Below are positions 56,899 to 64,000 of a DNA stretch of 64,000 bases, piece after piece. This DNA comes from Hemiscyllium ocellatum. Lineage: Eukaryota. The number at the start of each line of letters is the position of its first letter. Position 1 is the first letter of the stretch. The position numbers and the translations under genes were made by a program. The notes below the pieces were generated by a model. It saw nothing but the letters and a program-made list of their open reading frames with translations. It was not told the origin of the DNA and searched no databases. Where the stretch lies: the NCBI RefSeq assembly GCF_020745735.1, contig NC_083413.1:64914001-64978000 (forward strand), in the 5' to 3' direction.

Positions 56899-58959
56899 AT
56901 ATGCTGCTAGACCTGCTGAGTTTTAGTTTTAGTTTCTGATTTACAACATTCAAAGTTCTTTTGGTTTTCATAATGGAACACCGAAACTGGACTACAGAGG
57001 GAGATATTAGGCAGATGGCAAAATGGTCAATCAAAGTGATTTGACAAGGAATATCTTATAAAGTGAAAGGTAGGCAGAGAGTTTAAGAGTGCAAATTTCA
57101 TAACTTAGACCCGTGGCAGCTGGAACAATGCTGAGGGATGTCTCATATTGGCCTAGAGGAAATTTCAGAAATGTGGACGAAGAAGGACAAGAAGGGAATT
57201 GAAACTAAGCATGAGTATTTAGTCAGTGTAATCAATGAGCACAGGAGTGATAGGTGAACAGGATTTGGTGTGAACTATAAATTCACAAAGTGTCCTTAGA
57301 CAGCATGTTCAAAACTCAGTCCTGCTACCGTTTAAGAATGACAAAGGCAGCAGTTACATGGTAAACAAGTCATATTTCCTTCACTGTTAGATCAAAATTC
57401 TGGAACTCCATCCCTAACAATACTGTGGTTCTACCGACACCAAATGAAATTCAACAGGTCAAGAAGAATTTATTTGGCAGAAATTTCTGCCCAACACCAC
57501 TTTCTGAAAGGCAATTCGGGATAGACAATAAATGCTGGCCCGGCCAGTGACCCCGACAACCCATGAATGAATAAAAATAGGTCTTGGGCACCGATGTTTT
57601 TGAAAGACCCTGAATTTGCCAAGGGTAAAATGGAGGAGATTAGTTTGGAGTACACAGAATAGTCCTGTCTAGAGGAACATAGTTAAAAGTCACACAACAT
57701 CCAGTAATAGTCCAACTGGTTTATGATTGAAATGTCAATTCGCCTGCTCCTTGGATGCTGCCTGATCGGCTGTGCTTTTCCTGCACCACATTCTTCAACT
57801 CTAATCTCCACCATCTGCAGTCCTCAGTTTCTCCTTTGTCCACCCCAGACCAACACCAGCTGCTTCACATCATAGAGAAACATAGACATGAGCAAGGATT
57901 TCAGATGCAGAGGAGCTGAAGGATGGGCGAAGGCAAGCGATGTTACATTGATGGAAATAAGCCGTCACCCTAGTGATGGCACAGATATATGGATAAAAAC
58001 TTATTTTAGGGTTAAATTTGACACCAAGTTCATGGACAGATTGGTTCAGTCTCAGACAGTTGTCAGCCGAAGTGATGGGGTAAGTAGCGAAGGAGCAGAG
58101 TTTGAAAACAGTTTAAAAACAGTTTCTGTACAGTGACAGAGGCAGCAACTAATTTGGAAGGATTCAAAAATGAAGTTCAAGGGTACAAATTTGGGACAGT
58201 GGGGAAAATTGAAAAGTTTGCAAGGATTGTGCTGTAAAAGGTTGGTTTTTTGAGCAGAGGAATAATAATATGACATTTAAAGGAAAGAAGGACAACATCT
58301 GAAGAACGATTCATTTACAGTATTGGCCAACAGAAGGGGATGTCGAGTGTCAAAAGGTTAGGTGGAACAAATCAAAGAAGCAGGATGTGTGTTTCAAGAA
58401 CAATGTGAACTCAGAGAATATGAGGAGAGCTAGGACATAAACAATAAAAAAAACTATTTGAATTCAGGGCTAGAACATGGCGGAGCTTTAAAGAAAGTTA
58501 GCCTTAGTGGGCTAGTGAAAGAGAGGGAAACAGTAAAGGCAACAGATTGTGTGGACTCAATTTTAGCGATAAATATATCCAGGAGTTCCTTGCACATGTT
58601 GTTTCAAGTGAATGTGAAGGAGATGGGAGAGAGTTTTAAGAAAATGGTTTATTGTAGAGAAAAGAAGCTTGAGATTATTTTGTCATTCCAGGGCAATCAC
58701 AGAATAGTAAGCAGTTCGAATGGACAAAAACAGAATGCAATATTGCTTTATGTATTCAACAAGACCTGGCAGTGAACAACGAAACCTGCCATATCCATTC
58801 ATATAGGAGTCTTCAGTAACCAAAGCTGTACTGGCGAATGGTCACAATAATTTTAATGGGGACTAGGGCATTAAAATGTGGAAATGAGACTAAAGTTTGA
58901 CTAATTAGTAGCTGCAGAAATGTTGAAGTAAAGGGGGAAACCAGATGTTATATGGTTTA

Positions 58960-60444
58960 AAGTGCTTACAGGATGTTTTCTGGATCACTGTGTTGAGCAA
59001 CCAACTAGAGAAGAGGCCATCCTATACTTGGTATTGTGCAGTAAGAAAGGAATAATTGGCAATCCAGTAGTATGAGGCCCCTTGGGGAAGACTGACTATA
59101 ATATAATAGAATTCTTTCACTGAAATGGAGAGTGATGGAGTTGATTCTGAGATTAGGGTCCTCGAACTAAATAAAGGAAACTGTGATGTTATGAGGCACA
59201 TGATAACGATGATAGATTGGGAACATCACTTTGGAAAAAAAGACATGATGGTGCATAGGCAATAGCAAGCATTTAATGTAAGCAATTGCATAGAGCAACT
59301 GCCACAATTGTTTATTCCTGTCTGGCACAAAAATACAATGAGAAAGGTGGCTTGACCATAGCTAAATAGGGAAATTAGGGATAGTAATTATTTCCATGGA
59401 AGGGACATACAAATTGGCCAAAAAAGAAGCAAACTTGGGGTTTGGCAGCGGTGAGATTTCAGCAAAGAAGGAAAAAAGGGTTGGTTATGGGTGGAACAAT
59501 AGAAAATAAGGGTAAACTTACAGGATATATGCAAACTGATTGTAAAAACTTCTACAGATATATGAAGAGAAAAGGATTAGTGGAGACAAATGTAAGTCTC
59601 TTGCATTCAGAGACAGGGGAAGTTATGATGGGGAACAGAGAGATGGCAGACTGGCTAAATACATGTCTTGTTTTTGTCTTCAAAAGTGATGGACACAAAT
59701 AACATCCCAAAAATGGTGAGGAACTTAACAAGAGGGAGGTGCTGAAGGATATCAGTATTAGTAAGGAAATGGTGTTGGGGAAATTGATGAAAGTAAAGGC
59801 TGATAAATCTCTAGGGACTGACTATCTAGATCCCAGAGTACTTAAGAAAGTGGCCCTGGAAATGGTGATGTATTGGTGGTCACCTTTCTGTAGATGGCCT
59901 ACAAAGTCTGGATTGTAGGGTAGCTAATGTAACCCCATTAATTAGAAAGGAGGTAGAGCAAAAACAGGAAATTATAGAGTTATGAAGAGTTTACTAGACT
60001 GATTCTTGGGTGGGTAGGACTGATCTATGAAGAGAGACTTGACCAATTATGACTATATTAACCAGAGTTTCGAAGACTGAAGGAGAATTTCTGTAAAATA
60101 ATGACAGGGATAGACAGGGCAGATGCAGGAAGGATGTTCCAATGACCATGGAGTCTAGAACAAATGATCACGGTTTCAGGGGTGAGTGAGATGAGGAGAA
60201 ATTACTTCACCCAAAGAGTGGTGAGCTTGTGGAATTCTCTGCAACACAAAATGGTTGAAGCCAAAGCATTGAATGTTTTCAAGAAGGAGGTAGATCCAGT
60301 TCTTTGGACTAAAGGGATCAAAGGGCATGGGGATAAAGCAGGAACAAGGTACTGAGTTGGATGATCATATTGAATGGCAGAGCAGGCTTGAAGGGCTGAA
60401 TGGCCTACTCCTCTTTCATTTTCTATGTTTCTATGGATCTATGG
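58960..60444 (+). mobile_element. Old degenerate CR1 (EN/tether + 3' end)
   Basis: CKNFYRYMKRK, KADKS.G...PRVLKKVA and MRRNYFTQRVVSLWNSL motifs; tail ttctatgtttctatgg. Confidence 0.8.
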
Positions 60445-60463
60445 AAAGCTTACTTTTAGAGGG

Positions 60464-61390
60464 ATGGCAGTGCAGAGAGGGCAATGTTCCTCTTGCAACA
60501 TGTATGAGGTGAGGGAAGCCATTAGCCTCCCTGCTGAGTACACTTGCAAGAAGTGCACCCATCTCCAGCTCCTCCAAACCCGTGTTAGGGAACTGGAGCT
60601 GGAGTTGGATGAACTGCGGATCATTCGGGAGGCAGAGGAGGTCATAGATCGGAGCTATAGGCAAGTAGTTACTCCGAAAGTTCAAGATAGATGGGTGACA
60701 GTGAGGGGGAGTGGGAGGAGGAAGACAGTGCAGGGACCCCCTGCGGTCATTCCCCTCAAGAACAAGTATACCGTTTTGGATACTTGTGGGGGGGATGACT
60801 TACCAGGGGTAAGCAACGAGGTTCAGGCCTCTGGCACGGAGCCTGGCCCCGTTGCTCAGAAGGGTAGGGTGGAGAAAGGTAGAGCAATTGTTCTTGGGGA
60901 CTCGATAGTGAGGGGTACAGACAGACGGTTTTGTGGGGGCGACAGGGACTCACGTTTGGTATGTTGCCTCCCAGGTGCAAGGGTACGTGATGTCGCTGAT
61001 CGTGTTTTCCGGGTCCTTAAGGGGGAGGGGGAGCAGCCCCAGATCGTGGTCCACGTTGGCACCAACGATATAGGTAGGAAGAAGGGTGAGGATGTAAGGC
61101 AGGCTTTCAGGGAGCTAGGTTGGAAGCTCAGAGTTAGAACAAACAGAGTTGTAGTCTCTGGTTTGTTACCCGTGCCACGTGATAGAGAGTCGAGGAACAG
61201 GGAGAGAGAGCAGTTAAATGCGTGGCTACAGGGATGGTGCAGGAGGGAGGGATTCCGGTTTCTGGATAACTGGGGTCCTTTCTGGGGAAGGTGGGACCTC
61301 TATAAAAAGGATGGTCTACACTTGAACCTGAGGGGCACCAGTATCCTTGGGGGGAGGTTTGCTAGTGCTCTTTGGGAGGGTTTAAACTAA
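60464..61390 (+). CDS. CR1 ORF1 (Zn-finger + coiled coil + SGNH/GDSL esterase)
   Basis: CxxC...CxxC, then LELELDEL coiled coil, GDS, GTND and DGLH motifs. ATG 60464 is preferred because the track's ATG at 60425 lies in the microsatellite tail of the preceding element. Confidence 0.9.
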   Translation: MAVQRGQCSSCNMYEVREAISLPAEYTCKKCTHLQLLQTRVRELELELDELRIIREAEEVIDRSYRQVVTPKVQDRWVTVRGSGRRKTVQGPPAVIPLKNKYTVLDTCGGDDLPGVSNEVQASGTEPGPVAQKGRVEKGRAIVLGDSIVRGTDRRFCGGDRDSRLVCCLPGARVRDVADRVFRVLKGEGEQPQIVVHVGTNDIGRKKGEDVRQAFRELGWKLRVRTNRVVVSGLLPVPRDRESRNREREQLNAWLQGWCRREGFRFLDNWGPFWGRWDLYKKDGLHLNLRGTSILGGRFASALWEGLN

Positions 61391-64000
61391 CTCCGCGGGG
61401 GCATGGGAACCAGGACTGTAGCTTTAGGGTACAGGACCTTGAGTGTAGGGAGGTTAGGAATAATGCAGTGATCTCTAAGGAGGGTGCCTGTAACCAGAAA
61501 GGTGGATTGAAGTGTGTATACTTCAATGCCAGAAGTATAAGGAATAAGGTAGGTGAACTTGCAGCGTGGGTTGGTACCTGGGACTTCGATGTTGTGGCCA
61601 TTACAGAGACGTGGGTAGAACAGGGACAAGAATGGCTGTTGCACGTTCCAGGGTTCAAATGTTTTAGTAGGATCAGACATGGGGGTAAAAAAGGGGGAGG
61701 CGTGGCATTACTTGTCAAAGACAGTATCACAGCAGTGGAATGGACGATGGAAGAGGACTTGCCATCTGAGGTAGTTTGGGCTGAGGTTAGAAATAGGAAA
61801 GGTGAGGTCACCCTGTTAGGTGTTTTCTACAGGCCTCCTAATAGTCCTAGAGAAGTAGAGGATAATATTGCGAGGATGATTCAGGAAAAGAGTGAAGGTA
61901 GCAGGGTGGTTGTTATGGGGGACTTTAACTTCCCAGATATTGACTGGGAGAGCTATAGCTCGAGTTCATTAGATGGGTCGGTGTTTGTCCAATGTGTGCA
62001 GGAGGGTTTCCTGACACAATATGTCGACAGGCCAACAAGAGGGGAGGCTATATTGGATTTGGTTCTAGGTAATGAACCAGGCCAGGTGTTAGACTTGGAG
62101 GTAGGTGAGCACTTCGGGGACAGTGACCACAATTCGGTGACTTTTACTTTAGTGATGGAGAGGGATAATCGTGTGCCGCAGGGCAAGAGCTATAGCTGGG
62201 GGCAGGGAAATTATGATGCAGTGAGGCATGACTTAGGATGTGTGGATTGGAAAAACAGGCTTCAAGGGAAGAACACTAATGAGATGTGGGGAGTGTTCAA
62301 GGAGCAGCTACTGCGTGTCCTCGATAGGTATGTACCAGTCAGGCATGGTGTAAAGGGCCTTGTGAGGCAGCCGTGGTTTAGTAAGGAATTGGAGTCCCTT
62401 GTGAAAGGGAAGAAGGCGGCATATGTAAAGATGAGGCGTGAAGGTTCAGTAGGGGCGATTGAGTGTTATAAGGTAGCCAGGAAGGAGCTAAAGAGGGAGC
62501 TAAGAGAAGCGAGAAGGGGACATGAAAAGTCTTTAGCTGGTAGGATTAGGGAAAACCCAAAGGCTTTCTATAGATATGTCAAGAATAAAAGGATGACTAG
62601 GGTAGGTATCGGTCCAGTCAAGGATAGTAGTGGGAAGTTGTGTGTGGAGGCGGAGGAGATTGGAGAGACATTAAATCAGTACTTTTCCTCAGTATTCACT
62701 CAGGAACAGGACACTGTTGCTGATGTGAATATGGAATCACAAATAATTAGAATGGATGCCCTGGAAATATGCAGGGAAGAGGTTTTGGGAATATTGGAAA
62801 GGATGAATATAGATAAGTCTCCTGGGCCTGATGGCATTTACCCCAGGATCCTATGGGAAGCTAGGGAGGAGATAGCAGAGCCATTGGCCTGGATTTTTAT
62901 GTCGTCGTTGTCAACAGGAATAGTACCAGAGGACTGGAGGATAGCGAATGTGGTCCCATTGTTCAAGAAAGGGAGTAGGGATAGCCCTAGCAACTATAGG
63001 CCAGTGAGTCTGACTTCAGTGGTGGGCAAAGTCTTAGAGAGAATGGTAAGGGATAAGATTTATGAACATCTGGGTAGGAATAACGTGATCAGGGATAGCC
63101 AGCATGGTTTTGTGAAGGGCAGGTCGTGCCTCACAAACCTTATTGAGTTCTTTGAGAAGGTGACCAAGGAAGTGGATGAGGGTAAAGCAGTAGATGTTGT
63201 GTATATGGATTTTAGTAAGGCGTTCGATAAGGTTCCCCATGGTAGGCTAATGCTAAAACTTCGGAGGTATGGCATTGAGGATACATTAGAGGTTTGGATT
63301 AGGAATTGGCTGGCTGGAAGGAGACAGAGGGTAGTAGTTGATGGATTATGTTCATCTTGGAGCGCAGTTACTAGCGGTGTACCACAAGGATCTGTTTTGG
63401 GACCATTGCTTTTTGTTATCTTTATAAATGATCTAGAGGAAGGACTTGAAAGCTGGGTAAGCAAGTTTGCGGATGACACAAAAGTCGGTGGAGTTGTGGA
63501 TAGTGAGGAAGGAAGTGGTAGGTTACAGCGGGATATAGATAAGTTGCAGAGCTGGGCGGAAATGTGGCAAATGGAATTCAATGTAGCTAAGTGCGAAGTC
63601 GTTCACTTTGGTAGGAATAACAAGATGATGGATTACTGGGCTAATGGTAGGCTACTTGGTAGTGTGGATGAGCAGAGGGATCTTGGTGTCCATGTACACA
63701 GATCTCTGAAAGTTGCCACCCAGGTAAATAGTGCTGTGAGGAAGGCATATGGTGTACTGGGCTTTATTGGCAGAGGAATTGAGTTCCGGAGTCCTGAGGT
63801 CATGTTGCAGTTGTATAAGACTCTGGTGCGGCCTCATCTGGAGTATTGTGTGCAGTTTTGGTCGCCATACTATAGGAAGGATGTGGAAGCTTTAGAACGA
63901 GTGCAGAGGAGGTTTACCAGGATGTTGCCTGGAATGGTAGGAAAATCTTATGAGGAAAGGCTGAGGCACTTGGGGCTGTTCTCATTGGAGAAGAGAAGGT
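61366..64000 (+). CDS. CR1 ORF2 (APE endonuclease + reverse transcriptase), 3' partial, no initiator ATG before the endonuclease domain
   Basis: Frame-1 ORF opens after TAG 61363-61365. It is in frame with EN motifs at 61501+ and RT motifs near the window end. The first in-frame ATG is at 61747, inside the EN domain. Confidence 0.88.

Larger units (their letters stand above)
60445..64000 (+). mobile_element. Young CR1 LINE with both ORFs apparently intact (very short or truncated 5'UTR; runs off the window)
   Basis: ORF1 has a Zn-finger/coiled-coil plus SGNH esterase (GDSIVRG, VHVGTNDI, DGLHLN). ORF2 has an APE endonuclease (CVYFNARSIRNK, VAITETW, YRPP, GDFN, SDHN) and RT (QHGF, DFSKAFDKV, GVPQGSVLGP, FADD). 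Confidence 0.97.

Noticed and set aside
1-64000. CRISPR arrays, prokaryotic operons or rRNA
   Set aside because: The sequence is intron-containing vertebrate DNA. No regularly spaced repeat-spacer array or rRNA similarity was seen.

Overview
Eukaryotic, repeat-rich genomic DNA, almost certainly elasmobranch (shark): HE1-type tRNA SINEs, CR1 LINEs, Penelope-like elements and Harbinger remnants dominate. It is not prokaryotic, so most ORF-track entries are noise. Manual splicing reveals three genes that the ORF track misses or only partly shows. (1) A 4-exon minimal RBR (RING1-IBR-RING2) E3 ligase, minus strand, 19835-25382, 275 aa, with a canonical NF-kB site upstream. (2) A 2-exon single-domain ubiquitin-like protein, minus strand, 39833-40411, 90 aa, ending LRLPGG-GV*, with an ISRE-like promoter. 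(3) Head-to-head with it, the 5' part of a USP18-like isopeptidase, plus strand, exons from 43815 to 54349 and continuing past the window, with a consensus ISRE. Together these look like a clustered, infection-inducible tag/writer/eraser ubiquitin-like conjugation system that parallels ISG15/USP18 but is distinct from it; this is inferred, not shown. Other content: an ~11.3 kb-period near-identical tandem duplication; a young CR1 with intact-looking ORFs whose ORF1/ORF2 junction carries an in-phase UUUAAAC -1 frameshift heptamer; an apparently identical young CR1 fragment nested in an older CR1; hammerhead-ribozyme-bearing Penelope mini-elements; and a MER44/Tigger-like MITE.
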